A stretch of 56,783 nucleotides of DNA from a virus. Lineage: Duplodnaviria > Caudoviricetes. Numbering within the stretch: position 1 is the stretch's first letter; each line of letters starts with the position of its first letter. The notes under the pieces were generated by a model, which searched no databases, was not told the DNA's origin, and was given only the letters and a program-made list of their open reading frames with translations. This document shows positions 35,997 to 45,152 of the stretch, piece by piece. The stretch spans positions 1 through 56,783 of the IMG/VR virus record IMGVR_UViG_3300036833_000338, one strand, 5' to 3'. The translations under genes and the position numbers were made by a program.

Positions 35997-36564
35997 TGAG
36001 GGCGCGCGACTTCCACCGCGACACCGCCTCGGCAGTCGGGGCGGCGTGGGCGATCATGATCTGCATCGCCGTCGTCGCCGTCTGGCTGCTCTCGTGAGCA
36101 CACAAGAGGATGAGCGCACATGGGTCACTCAGCCGTGAAGAGCAAACGTTTCCCCGAATTCGCTGCCGCCAAAAGCAAGCGCAAGGCCCGGCTCTCCACT
36201 CCTGCGTCCGGGCGAGATCCTCGGATGCGCGGGGATGCGCCCTCGTTGCGCAACCAGCGGCGGCTAGCCGCCAAGGCCAAGAGAGGCAAGCCATGACCGT
36301 CGAGATCTACCGCACTGCGCACGACGGGTTTGGCTGGCTGCTGTTCGACAGCGACCGTTGCGTCGGCTCAAGCGAGATCGGTGCCCTGAGCCCCCAGCGC
36401 GGTCGCCGCAGCCAAGCGCTGGGCCAAGAAGTACGGCTACAGCGAGGTTGAAAAGGTGCCGCCCGCGCTCTGGAAAGCCGGGCGGCTGCCCGAGGGCCGG
36501 TCACCCGCCACCAAAGGAAAACGGGTGGGACGCCCGAGAACCCGAAAATAAGCAAGGTGAAACG

Positions 36565-36894
36565 ATGACGCCAGTTGAACTGCGCGACCGGCGGCTGGCT
36601 CTCGGCTGGTCGCAAGAGGAGGCGGCCGAGCGGCTCGGCGTCGGCCTGCGAACTTTTAAATACATGGAGGCTGGCGGTGACGTGCGCCGCGAGGCCACGC
36701 GGATCGACCCGGTCCCGAAGACGGTGGCGCTGGCGATGCTCGCGTATCGCTTTGCTCAGCATGTCGAAGTCGCCAAGCACGAGCTTGGGCATGACCTCAT
36801 AGCGCTCGGTGACGAGATCGAACATCTCGCCCGCGACTTCGCCGCAGAGATCCAGCCTTCGCAGCCGCTTCGGCGGAGTAGGCTCAGCCGATGA
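36565..36894 (+). CDS. XRE/Cro-like HTH regulator
   Basis: MTPVELRDRRLALGWSQEEAAERLGVGLRTFKYMEAG. Confidence 0.8.
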   Translation: MTPVELRDRRLALGWSQEEAAERLGVGLRTFKYMEAGGDVRREATRIDPVPKTVALAMLAYRFAQHVEVAKHELGHDLIALGDEIEHLARDFAAEIQPSQPLRRSRLSR

Positions 36895-37127
36895 CGATGC
36901 CGACGGTTACAAAGCTGACTCCGACCACCCGCAAGATCCTGCAATTCATCGCGGATGGTGGTGAACAGGGGAGGATGGAGCTGCAAGTCATAAGTTCTGG
37001 CGGTAGCTGGCCGCGCCGCTACCAGGATCTCAGGAATGCGGGCTATATCGAGAATGCGATGGCGCCTATCGACCAACCAGATCGTGTGCGGATCACTAAT
37101 GCTGGGCGCATAGCGCTCGGGAAATGA
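36891..37127 (+). CDS. Small winged-helix-like protein
   Basis: LTPTTRKILQFI...LRNAGYIE...VRITNAGRIAL. Confidence 0.6.
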   Translation: MTMPTVTKLTPTTRKILQFIADGGEQGRMELQVISSGGSWPRRYQDLRNAGYIENAMAPIDQPDRVRITNAGRIALGK

Positions 37128-37130
37128 CCG

Positions 37131-37694
37131 ATGTGGGCGCCGCCTAAGCACGTCTCGCGGATGTTGGCCGAGAAGCATTATCTCGGCCCGATCGACCGTG
37201 GTGCGGCTTGGATCGATGAGTTTGGCTGCATCGTGATCACGTCGCCGACTTCGCGCCGTCTGCCCGGCCATTGGCTCGAACTGGCCCGGTGGTGTCTGCT
37301 CGGCGCTAAGAATGGGGGTAGCCAACAATGGTCCGGGTTTACGCGGGCCCTACGGCGAGCACGCCCTGACGTGTCGACTATCGTTAGCTATTCAGATCCA
37401 AGCCAAGGACACACCGGGGCGCTCTACCGCGCTTGCAACTGGTGGTGGGCTCCGACGTGGTTGCGTTTACGGCCGCCGCCCACCGGCAACGGTTCATGGG
37501 CTGAAGGCGATCAGCAATCGGTTAAAGATCGGTGGGTGTTTGCACTTCATCCCGAGAGGGGGCGCGCTGACATTCTGCGAGCGAATGACGAGGCGATCTT
37601 ACGCAGATGGCCTTGGGCTGAATATCGGGAACCCGGCGGCGTGCCGATCAAGCGGTGGCGAGAGGAGTGTGCGCGTGTAAGGGGAGCTTTGTGA
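37131..37694 (+). CDS. Mom-like (GNAT-fold) DNA modification protein
   Basis: KHYLG...WLELARWC...IVSYSDPSQGHTGALYRACNW. Confidence 0.75.
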   Translation: MWAPPKHVSRMLAEKHYLGPIDRGAAWIDEFGCIVITSPTSRRLPGHWLELARWCLLGAKNGGSQQWSGFTRALRRARPDVSTIVSYSDPSQGHTGALYRACNWWWAPTWLRLRPPPTGNGSWAEGDQQSVKDRWVFALHPERGRADILRANDEAILRRWPWAEYREPGGVPIKRWREECARVRGAL

Positions 37695-37727
37695 CCCGGT
37701 GACAAAAAGGGAACCTCAAATACGTTA

Positions 37728-37979
37728 CTGCGCGACCGGCGGCTGGCTCTCGGCTGGACGCAAGAGGAAGCGGCCGCCCGACTCGGGATCGGCCTGCGAA
37801 CTTTTAAGTATTACGAAGCCGGCGGTGACGTGCGCCGCGAGGCCACGCGGGTCGATCCGGTCCCCAAGACGGTGGCGCTGGCGATGCTCGCCTACGCCTT
37901 TCTCCGCGACGCGGCGCACGAAGCGGCGCTCGAGGTGCCCGTGAAGAACTTGGCCGATGAGGATGCCGACCGAGGCTGA
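37728..37979 (+). pseudogene. 5'-truncated second copy of the XRE gene
   Basis: About 165 bp highly similar to 36579-36745; LRDRRLALGWTQEEAAARLGIGLRTFKYYEAG with no start codon after the in-frame TGA at 37692. Confidence 0.75.
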
Positions 37980-38017
37980 GCATCCGCGGAGGCAAAACGC
38001 ACATCCTGAATATCGTA

Positions 38018-38647
38018 TCACGCATATCCTGCTTGTGTTTCCTGCTCGTCAAGAGGTTTGTGACGATTGGGTGGCCGGGTCATCGCCACCAGGCGTTCCA
38101 GCGCGGCGCGGAGCAGCGCCAGCCGGGCATCGTCGCGCGGTCGCCGCGGCTCACGAAGGACGCGGCGCTTAAGCCACGCAGGCCATGCGGAGTCGAGAAC
38201 GACCGCCTGCACCATGTGGTAGCCGCTGCCATCGTCGCCCGGCGGCCATAGCTTCAGGTTCATCTGTTTGAGCTCGCGCTCGGCCGCCGCGTTCTCGCCG
38301 GGGCTGCCGGGCTCGAGGTGCCGCGTGGCGATGTCGCCAATCGCGCCGGCGATCATGCGGCGATAGAGATCGGCGACCGAGGCCTCCGAAAGCCCCCACA
38401 GAGCCCGCGCGCGGGCCGTCAGGTAGGCATATCGGCGGGCGACGGCATGTTGGCCCACCGAGATCAGGTCGCGCGCCAGCAACGTCCCTAGAGGATCTGT
38501 CGGCAAATCGGGGCGACCGTTGAGCCTCTCGCGCAACAGACGCAGTTCGGCCGTGCCGAGATCGGGCTTGGGCGCCCGGCCTGCGCGTGTAGTCGCGCGC
38601 CGTCGCGCCTGGGCCTGCCGCGGCCGGCCCCGGTGTCCCCTCTTCAT
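38018..38647 (-). CDS. Hypothetical protein, possible late regulator
   Basis: 209 aa at the end of the leftward replication operon. Confidence 0.5.
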   Translation of the reverse strand: MKRGHRGRPRQAQARRRATTRAGRAPKPDLGTAELRLLRERLNGRPDLPTDPLGTLLARDLISVGQHAVARRYAYLTARARALWGLSEASVADLYRRMIAGAIGDIATRHLEPGSPGENAAAERELKQMNLKLWPPGDDGSGYHMVQAVVLDSAWPAWLKRRVLREPRRPRDDARLALLRAALERLVAMTRPPNRHKPLDEQETQAGYA

Positions 38648-39122
38648 TTCGCTTAATCCCCCTCATTCGTCCTGAAGCGCCCCGAAAGCCCCAGGACATG
38701 TGTTCTTATCCCGAGAGGTTTATCGCGGCCGTAGGCTGGCGGTGATTTCGTAGCCTTTGTCAAGCATGCCCTTGCTGACATCGCCGCGGCCGTGATCCCT
38801 CACCCATCGCGCCACGCGGGGTTTCGCCGCGGATCAGCCCATCCCAGCCAAAGGGTTCTTTATTTAACGGCTGGAATGTTATGCGGCAGGGCAAGCCCTG
38901 GTCGAGGGTGCGCGAGCCCCATGCGTGGGAACCCATCATCGCTTTCACCCTTGGTTCTTCAGGGGTCGTCCTCGCGACGAGCCGGCGCTCGTTGCGCGCC
39001 GAGGTTTGCGTGACCTCCTCGGCGACCAGCCCACCCCTGACCTTGATCCCCATCTGGCGTGGTCGGCCGCTGCCCCGTTGTTTGCTCAACTTCTGCTCCC
39101 TTGGTTCCTCAGGAGTCGTCGG

Positions 39123-39557
39123 TCACCACATCCCGCGCAACGGTATCCCCCAACCGCGCAAATGGTCGAGCATCTCGTCGACCGAATGCGCGATGGCGAT
39201 CGACGCCGCACCGGCTTTGAGCAAGCGCTCGAAGGTTTCCACCTGTCCGTCGACTTGGCGCAGCGCGCCGTGCCTGGTGCGCACGATGCGGGTTTTGCTC
39301 AACGCGCCGCCGTGGCGCTTGATCTCGATCCCGTACAAGGAACCGCCGTTCAACAGAAAAATATCGGGCAAGCCGGATTTAGTGCCGATGCGGACGAGGC
39401 GGGACATCTGCGCGCCGCTGAGTTGGATGTGGCCGATCGGCATCGCCCACCACATGGCGGGCGGCAGCAAGAGCGCATCAAGCGCGTGGGCGATCGCCGC
39501 ATGAATGTCGACCTCGGCCGACTCAGGCGCAACGAGGCGAAATTTGGCGGCGGTCAT
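39123..39557 (-). CDS. VRR-NUC-like nuclease
   Basis: EVDIHAAI...GTKSGLPDIFLL...GIEIKRHGGALS. Confidence 0.8.
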   Translation of the reverse strand: MTAAKFRLVAPESAEVDIHAAIAHALDALLLPPAMWWAMPIGHIQLSGAQMSRLVRIGTKSGLPDIFLLNGGSLYGIEIKRHGGALSKTRIVRTRHGALRQVDGQVETFERLLKAGAASIAIAHSVDEMLDHLRGWGIPLRGMW

Positions 39558-39745
39558 GGCCCTGAATAATCGCGCCCGGTGGCGGCCAGCCGCTGGAGAT
39601 GGCCGCGGTCGCCGATCCGCTGCTCGCGCTCGTCGGCCTCCTCGGCCACCCGCTGAAGGCTCACGCAACGCCGGCACAGCACGTTGGTTTTTTGCCGCGG
39701 AAACTCGTAGCACTCCGCGCACAGCTCGAGGGATTCGGTCCTCAC
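39554..39745 (-). CDS. Small Cys-containing protein
   Basis: CAEC...CRRC; coupled to the next gene. Confidence 0.5.
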   Translation of the reverse strand: MRTESLELCAECYEFPRQKTNVLCRRCVSLQRVAEEADEREQRIGDRGHLQRLAATGRDYSGP

Positions 39746-39859
39746 GCGGTGCCCGCGGTCATCAGCTGGACGAGCTTGCCAGCGACGAGCTCGCGGAAGG
39801 CCTCCTCGTCGAGCATCGGACGCCAGAGCGCGGTCATCGGCTGACGATTTCCTGGTCGG

Positions 39860-40144
39860 TCATTTCAGCTCCTCGAGGTCTTCGCGATGGGTCCAGCGCA
39901 CCAGCCGCACCCGGTGCCCGCTCGCCCGTTGATGCTTGAGGGCGACCTCGCGCAGCGGGCCCTCGGCGATCGCGCGCGAGCGGGTGACCAGATTGACCGG
40001 GCCGAGCCTCGGCATGGCCGGCACCAACGCCAGGATCGTGCCTTCGCCGCCATCCGGGTCGACCTCGGTCCAAGTGTAGATCTCGGTCAAGTCCTTCCCG
40101 GGTTCGCGGTTGTCGCGTGCTCCTGAGCGTTTGTCGAAGGGCAT
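39860..40144 (-). CDS. Hypothetical protein
   Basis: IYTWTEVDPDGGEG...VRLVRWTHREDLEE; GAGG RBS. Confidence 0.55.
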   Translation of the reverse strand: MPFDKRSGARDNREPGKDLTEIYTWTEVDPDGGEGTILALVPAMPRLGPVNLVTRSRAIAEGPLREVALKHQRASGHRVRLVRWTHREDLEELK

Positions 40145-40226
40145 CAGTGCCTCGCCTCGATCAGCAGGTCCATCATGCGACCGTGCGCGAAAGGCTCGCG
40201 CGAGCTCGACCAGTGTGCGACGGCGC

Positions 40227-41996
40227 TCATGCCGCACCCATGATGCGCTCGAGGATCCAGCGTATGACCGGCACCGCCATCGAATTGCCGAGCGCCCGGT
40301 AGCGCGGCCCGTCCGCCGCCGGCTTGCCGCGATACGAGATCGCGGTCCAGCCCGGCGGAAATCCCTGGAGTTTTTCGCATTCGACCGGCGTCAGCCGCCG
40401 CACCGCCATCTGCTGTACATAGCTGCGGCTCGATCCGCCGCTCGCGGACCGGATGTTCGCGATCTCGTCCAACTCAGGCATGGAACCGCCTTCACGGCCC
40501 CGCAGATTGAAGGCAACCGCCGTCGCCCGGTTCGCCGTCAGGGTCGGCCGATCGCCTTTGATGGCTTGGTTGGAATAATTCGATTGGAAGGCGATGGCCT
40601 GGGTGTGGCCATCGGTGTCGAGCACGTTGGCCTGGTCGCCGTAGATGCACACATCGGATTGGCGGGCGTCGAAGGCGATGGCGTGCTGATCGCGGCCTGT
40701 CAGGGTGAATTGTGGATCGCCAACTTCTCCTATTCCAAGGCCGTTCTGCTTCTTGTTGCGATCCAGGGTTCCTTGAATGGGGATAATCGCCACCAGCGGC
40801 GTGCCGCGCCCGGTGCCGTCTTCGCTGGCGTCGAAGCCCTCGGCGCGAAGGGCGTGGGTGACGATCATCTCCGACCCGTTCCCGGCGTTGCCGTTGCCGC
40901 CGACCGCCGCCTGCAGGGTCGGCGCGAGGTCGCCCGAACGCCCGCAGGCGATGAAGGTCTCAGTCTCGAAATCCTGTCGCCCGTGCGGCCCGCCGTGGGC
41001 ATTGACCGCCTCGATCGGCCCGGACTGGCGGTTGCCGCCGTAGGCGACGGCGTTATTCGCGCGAGCCCGTAGCGAGGGCTGACATCCCTCGACGATGTTG
41101 AGGCCCGAGCGCTCGGCCGCATTTCCCGCCGCACCTTCGCCGCTGCGGTCCAACGCATCGCTGCCGATGCCGTAGCCGTGAGCGCCGACGCTGAGGGTCG
41201 GGGCAACCTGCGCGATCAGTCCGCCGTCGCACTCGAAGTCGGTGCCGAGCCCGCCGCCTGCCGTAGCGCGGCTGCTAAGGCTGGGGGCAACATCGGCAAT
41301 GCCGTGATGCTTGCCACTCTGCAGCGTGAACATCGGGTCGCCAAGCTCGCCGATGCCTATTCCGGCGCGCGGATCGTCGGTCGAGACGCCTGTTCGAGCA
41401 CCGACTTCAAGGATCGGGGCAACTCCTTCCCCCGCTTTTCTGCCCGGCGCAGGATTCCCGTGCAGGCTTTCGGGCTCAAAAAGTACCGCTGCGGCAGGTC
41501 GCCAGTCTCCAAGATGGCCGACAACGAACAGGCGACGCCGTCGCTGGGGTACTCCGAAATATTGAGCGTCAAGCGTCCGGTAGGCCCACCCGTACCCGCA
41601 TTGCTCCACTGCCCCGAGAAAGGTGCCAAAGTCCCGTCCCTCGTCGGAAGACAGGAGGCCGGGCACGTTCTCGAAAAGAAACCAACGGGGGCGCAGGCGC
41701 TCAACCAGACGAAGGGCGACGAGGGCCAGGTTGCCGCGCGGGTCGTCCAGCCCGAGGCGCTTCCCGGCGACCGAAAAGGACTGGCAGGGCGATCCGAAGA
41801 CGACGACGTCCACAGGCTCAACTGCGTCGGCATCGATCCGCTCCACGTCGCCGAGGTTGGGGATGCCGGGGAAACGGGCGCGGTGCACAGCACTGGCGAA
41901 CGGGTCGATCTCCGCGCACCACCGCCAGTCGATTGCCGCACATGCCGCCTCCGGCGCCCCGATCCCTGAAAAAAGAGTACCCCCGGAAAGTCTCAT
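40227..41996 (-). CDS. C5 cytosine DNA methyltransferase (alpha chain) with long variable region
   Basis: LFSGIG (I), GSPCQSFS (IV), ENVPG (VI), QRRRRLF (VIII), RRLTPVECEKLQGFP, RYRALGNS (X). Confidence 0.93.
   Translation of the reverse strand: MRLSGGTLFSGIGAPEAACAAIDWRWCAEIDPFASAVHRARFPGIPNLGDVERIDADAVEPVDVVVFGSPCQSFSVAGKRLGLDDPRGNLALVALRLVERLRPRWFLFENVPGLLSSDEGRDFGTFLGAVEQCGYGWAYRTLDAQYFGVPQRRRRLFVVGHLGDWRPAAAVLFEPESLHGNPAPGRKAGEGVAPILEVGARTGVSTDDPRAGIGIGELGDPMFTLQSGKHHGIADVAPSLSSRATAGGGLGTDFECDGGLIAQVAPTLSVGAHGYGIGSDALDRSGEGAAGNAAERSGLNIVEGCQPSLRARANNAVAYGGNRQSGPIEAVNAHGGPHGRQDFETETFIACGRSGDLAPTLQAAVGGNGNAGNGSEMIVTHALRAEGFDASEDGTGRGTPLVAIIPIQGTLDRNKKQNGLGIGEVGDPQFTLTGRDQHAIAFDARQSDVCIYGDQANVLDTDGHTQAIAFQSNYSNQAIKGDRPTLTANRATAVAFNLRGREGGSMPELDEIANIRSASGGSSRSYVQQMAVRRLTPVECEKLQGFPPGWTAISYRGKPAADGPRYRALGNSMAVPVIRWILERIMGAA
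41357..41833 (-). CDS. Alternative-frame ORF inside the MTase, resembling an M.EcoHK31I-type beta polypeptide
   Basis: CSLSAILETGDLPQRYFLSPKACTGILRRAEKRGKELP; ORF open to 41941. Confidence 0.7.
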   Translation of the reverse strand: MPTQLSLWTSSSSDRPASPFRSPGSASGWTTRAATWPSSPFVWLSACAPVGFFSRTCPASCLPTRDGTLAPFSGQWSNAGTGGPTGRLTLNISEYPSDGVACSLSAILETGDLPQRYFLSPKACTGILRRAEKRGKELPRSLKSVLEQASRPTIRAPE

Positions 41997-42102
41997 GATC
42001 GTTTGATTCCGATCCAGGCTTCGTGTACATCGGACTCGAGCGGCGGCGGCGGCGCGGTCAGCCGGAAGGGCGGCGTTCGGCTCGACCAGTGTGCGGCGGC
42101 GC

Positions 42103-42327
42103 TCATGCCTTCCTTGCACGCTTGCGAAAATCATAGATCGCGCTATCCAGCGCGCGCCACGCGTCGCCAACCGCATCCTGGTCGTGAGCGCCGGCTTGCT
42201 CAGCCTGCATGACATCCTGAAAGTGCTCAGCAGCTTTAGCGAGGTATTCCCCGAATTCGATCGCAAAATCCTTATCGGTTCGGCCGAGATGCTCGGTCGT
42301 TGATTCAGGTAGCTTCTGCACGCTCAC
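42103..42327 (-). CDS. Hypothetical protein
   Basis: RTDKDFAIEFGEYLA...AIYDFRKRA; coupled to the upstream gene. Confidence 0.6.
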   Translation of the reverse strand: MSVQKLPESTTEHLGRTDKDFAIEFGEYLAKAAEHFQDVMQAEQAGAHDQDAVGDAWRALDSAIYDFRKRARKA

Positions 42328-42791
42328 GCGGTCCCCGCGGGCTCGCTGCCGAGATGCGCCCTGGCCTCGGCAAAGGCGTCGTCGACGGTCTTGCGCTTAC
42401 GGACCCGCAGCGGCGGATGCACCGGCTGCTCGGCGAACGGGCGCGGCTTGCGGGTCCGCGGCTTGGGCGGCGGATGCACGACGTCGGCGGCAGTCTGCCC
42501 GGTGCGCTGCATGGCGGCCTCGCCGAGCGGAGTATCGGCATAGAGCCCTAGGGCCCGGCGGTATTCGTCGCGCAGGTCGTACTGCCCCTGTCGCACCACC
42601 GGGTCGAGTGCCTTCTCCTTGACCATCTGACGCACGGTCTCGGCATCCATGCCAACCTCGCGAACCTCGTCATAGATTTCCCGCAGCGATGCGTTGATCC
42701 CCGCGCGCTCCTCGACCAGGATCTCGATCCGGTCGAGGAAACGGGCCAACATGTCGCTGTCGACGCTGGATTTTGCTTTTGCCATTCCCAA
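42324..42791 (-). CDS. gapR: GapR-like (DUF2312) DNA-binding protein
   Basis: LARFLDRIEILVEERAGINASLREIYDEV...GMDAETVRQMV...YRRALG. Confidence 0.75.
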   Translation of the reverse strand: MGMAKAKSSVDSDMLARFLDRIEILVEERAGINASLREIYDEVREVGMDAETVRQMVKEKALDPVVRQGQYDLRDEYRRALGLYADTPLGEAAMQRTGQTAADVVHPPPKPRTRKPRPFAEQPVHPPLRVRKRKTVDDAFAEARAHLGSEPAGTA

Positions 42792-42900
42792 CCCCTCCTA
42801 TGGTCGTCCCTGTCGTTGCCGAGCTTCCGGCGGATGCGCCATTCTTGAAATTTCATCCACGCGCAGCGGCTTGCGTGAATTCATGATCTTTTTCTCCCTT

Positions 42901-43221
42901 TCACCCTTTTCCAATGGTCCACGGCGAGGGCGGCGGATGCGCCATCTCGAATAATGCCCTCAATGCCGCCTTGATCTTGGGATCGGCCAGCGCCAGCACT
43001 CGATCCTCGCCTTCCAGCCGCACCAGTGCCAGCGCCTCGCCCTCGTATTGCAGCAGCTCGCGGCAATACCCGCAGATGGCGATATCGCCCGGCTTGGGAA
43101 TGGCACCGTCGAGCTCGACTGAGGTGGCGCCGTCGTTGAGCGAGCCACATGAGGGACAGCGGGCCGGCGGCAGCTCGACGTGCAGGCTCTCGGGCTTGGG
43201 CTTGCCCCACGGGGTTTTCAT
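42901..43221 (-). CDS. Zn-finger hypothetical protein
   Basis: CPSCG...PKPGDIAICGYC. Confidence 0.6.
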   Translation of the reverse strand: MKTPWGKPKPESLHVELPPARCPSCGSLNDGATSVELDGAIPKPGDIAICGYCRELLQYEGEALALVRLEGEDRVLALADPKIKAALRALFEMAHPPPSPWTIGKG

Positions 43222-43508
43222 AGCGGGTCCAATCCGTGCTCCTCGGCTTGGCGCAGCCATCTGGTGATCACCGCGCGGGTGGTCAGCCCGTCGACGGCTT
43301 CGCGCATTCGAAGGAGCCATAAGTGTTCCTCGGCGCCCGCGTGTGGATTGCGGTCCCACACCGGCGCCATGATCCATTGCCGCAGGTAGGCGCGCAACGC
43401 GGCGATGTGCTCGGCGCTGAGCTCGTGGCCTTCGAGGTAGGCAACGACGGCGGGCTGCAGCACACCCGAGGTTTCGTATTGCCAGTATCCCGGCCCCTCA
43501 TCATCCAT
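43218..43508 (-). CDS. Hypothetical protein
   Basis: PGYWQYETSGVL...LRAYLRQWI; overlaps neighbours in the operon. Confidence 0.6.
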   Translation of the reverse strand: MDDEGPGYWQYETSGVLQPAVVAYLEGHELSAEHIAALRAYLRQWIMAPVWDRNPHAGAEEHLWLLRMREAVDGLTTRAVITRWLRQAEEHGLDPL

Positions 43509-43749
43509 CACGGCACGTCCCAATGATCATGGCATTGACCGCGGTCAGCGTGCGCACCGCCGCGCAGTGCAGCGCGAGCAGCTCGGCGCGCAGCGTGCGG
43601 GTGGCGTCGACATCGCCAGGCACTTGGTGCCCAGCCAGCCACAGACCCAAGAGATCGGCCAGCACCGCACCCTGCACCTCGGGCTCGTGTCCCGCCAGCA
43701 GCGGTTTGATCCGCTCGGCTACCAGTGTGACCTGCTCGATGTCAGTCAT
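43501..43749 (-). CDS. Hypothetical protein
   Basis: IKPLLAGHEPEVQGAVLADLLGLWLAGH. Confidence 0.55.
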   Translation of the reverse strand: MTDIEQVTLVAERIKPLLAGHEPEVQGAVLADLLGLWLAGHQVPGDVDATRTLRAELLALHCAAVRTLTAVNAMIIGTCRDG

Positions 43750-44260
43750 CGGTTTCGTCTTCAGATGGCGGCGTGGGCACTCCGCCGTGGCTGACCAAAT
43801 GCTCATAAGCATTACGATAACGCCAAGTCGGATTTAATACTAGCAGCGGGCGGATCACTTGTCGCCATTCAAAATCCCATTCTCGGAATGCGCGCTCGGC
43901 GGCGGCAATATTCTGTTCCTTCTGTAACGTAATCTGATCACCGTCGAGAAGGGTCAATTCGGCACGTTCAAGATAGAGCGTGCCAGCTTTGTGACTGACG
44001 GTGAACAATTCGGTGAGGACAAACTGGCCAGTCGACACTTCGAGCCCTTGCTTGACCGCGCGCTTGTCGCTCATCGCGTTGACTTCGATGAAGTTCCGAT
44101 GGATGTCGTCGAAATTTTCCATCGCCAACGTCTTGGTCGCCTTACGCACAGCCTCAGCGATTTCGGCCTTGTCGGTTAGTCCACCGGCTTTAACCTTTGC
44201 GACCTTTTGGCGGCATACGGTGATTAGTTTGATCAACCGCTGTGTCGTGCTTTGCACCAA
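43742..44260 (-). CDS. Hypothetical protein
   Basis: 172 aa; GGAGG RBS. Confidence 0.55.
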   Translation of the reverse strand: MVQSTTQRLIKLITVCRQKVAKVKAGGLTDKAEIAEAVRKATKTLAMENFDDIHRNFIEVNAMSDKRAVKQGLEVSTGQFVLTELFTVSHKAGTLYLERAELTLLDGDQITLQKEQNIAAAERAFREWDFEWRQVIRPLLVLNPTWRYRNAYEHLVSHGGVPTPPSEDETDD

Positions 44261-45152
44261 TCCCCTCCCTTTCGAGAGCGACGACCAAATCGGCGAGCCA
44301 TTCGACTACGATCTTCGCATTGGTTTTCAACTCTGCCAACTTGGCGGTAGCGAGTTCGGGATGGCGATGGATGGTCGTCGCCAACTCACGTTCGATATCA
44401 ATCAGCTGCCGCGGCGTAATCGCTAATTCTTCGACTAAAGCTTTGAGCGCTCGCCCCACACACATCGCTTGGAATGATGTATTACTATCAAACGTCGGCG
44501 GAAGCGGTGTGGGCTTGCCGGGCTTGGTCTGCAGAGTCTTAACGTTGGCAATCGCTCGATCGCGCTCTTTAGCGATCTGCTGCTGCTGTGTTTCCAGCCG
44601 CTCAATGCGCTTCTGATATTTCGAAGTGATCTTGTCGAACTCATCGGCCAATTCGTCTTCACTGTAGATCAGCTTACCGGCTAGAGCAGTTGTCGTCGCT
44701 TCGACCTTGGCGGCCTCGACCAGCCGCTCGACCTCGGCGCGTGAGATGCCTTCGGGCCGTGCCGCCTTTTCGAGTACCTCGGTACGGACTTCAGCCGAAG
44801 TCGAACGTCCGGCGATCAGGTACAACGAAGAAGCTTCGATGGTCAGCTTATCGATCTGCTCTGGTGCATAATGTGCACTAGAGAGCATTTCATAGACCGC
44901 GACAAACTTGTCACCTGATCGTTTGGACCACAGCAACCGATCGGTCACGAAGTCGACGAACCCCTGATATCCGACCCGTGCTTTGACCTCGACGAGCTTC
45001 TGGCCGATTGCCAGGATGCCGGCGACAACCAGCTTGCCGCAGCCGCGAATCTGACCCTCGGCTTGTGCCAGGAACTCTTCCTCGATCGGCACCATCTCGG
45101 CCGCGGCGACGAGCCCGATTACGGCAGACTCGCGCAGGTCGTCCTCAGTCAC
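44190..45152 (-). CDS. DUF3102-like protein
   Basis: ILAIGQKLVEVKARVGYQGFVDFV...WSKRSGDKF; coiled-coil C-terminus. Confidence 0.6.
   Translation of the reverse strand: MTEDDLRESAVIGLVAAAEMVPIEEEFLAQAEGQIRGCGKLVVAGILAIGQKLVEVKARVGYQGFVDFVTDRLLWSKRSGDKFVAVYEMLSSAHYAPEQIDKLTIEASSLYLIAGRSTSAEVRTEVLEKAARPEGISRAEVERLVEAAKVEATTTALAGKLIYSEDELADEFDKITSKYQKRIERLETQQQQIAKERDRAIANVKTLQTKPGKPTPLPPTFDSNTSFQAMCVGRALKALVEELAITPRQLIDIERELATTIHRHPELATAKLAELKTNAKIVVEWLADLVVALEREGIGAKHDTAVDQTNHRMPPKGRKG

Larger units (their letters stand above)
40204..42109. repeat. 30-bp direct repeats (40204-40233 and 42080-42109) bracketing the MTase
   Basis: GCTCGACCAGTGTGCG(A/G)CGGCGCTCATGCC, one mismatch. Confidence 0.85.

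Noticed and set aside
38948-39120. 23-bp imperfect direct repeat (38948-38970 and 39098-39120)
   Set aside because: Real but short, with two mismatches and no interpretable cargo; probably a local duplication scar
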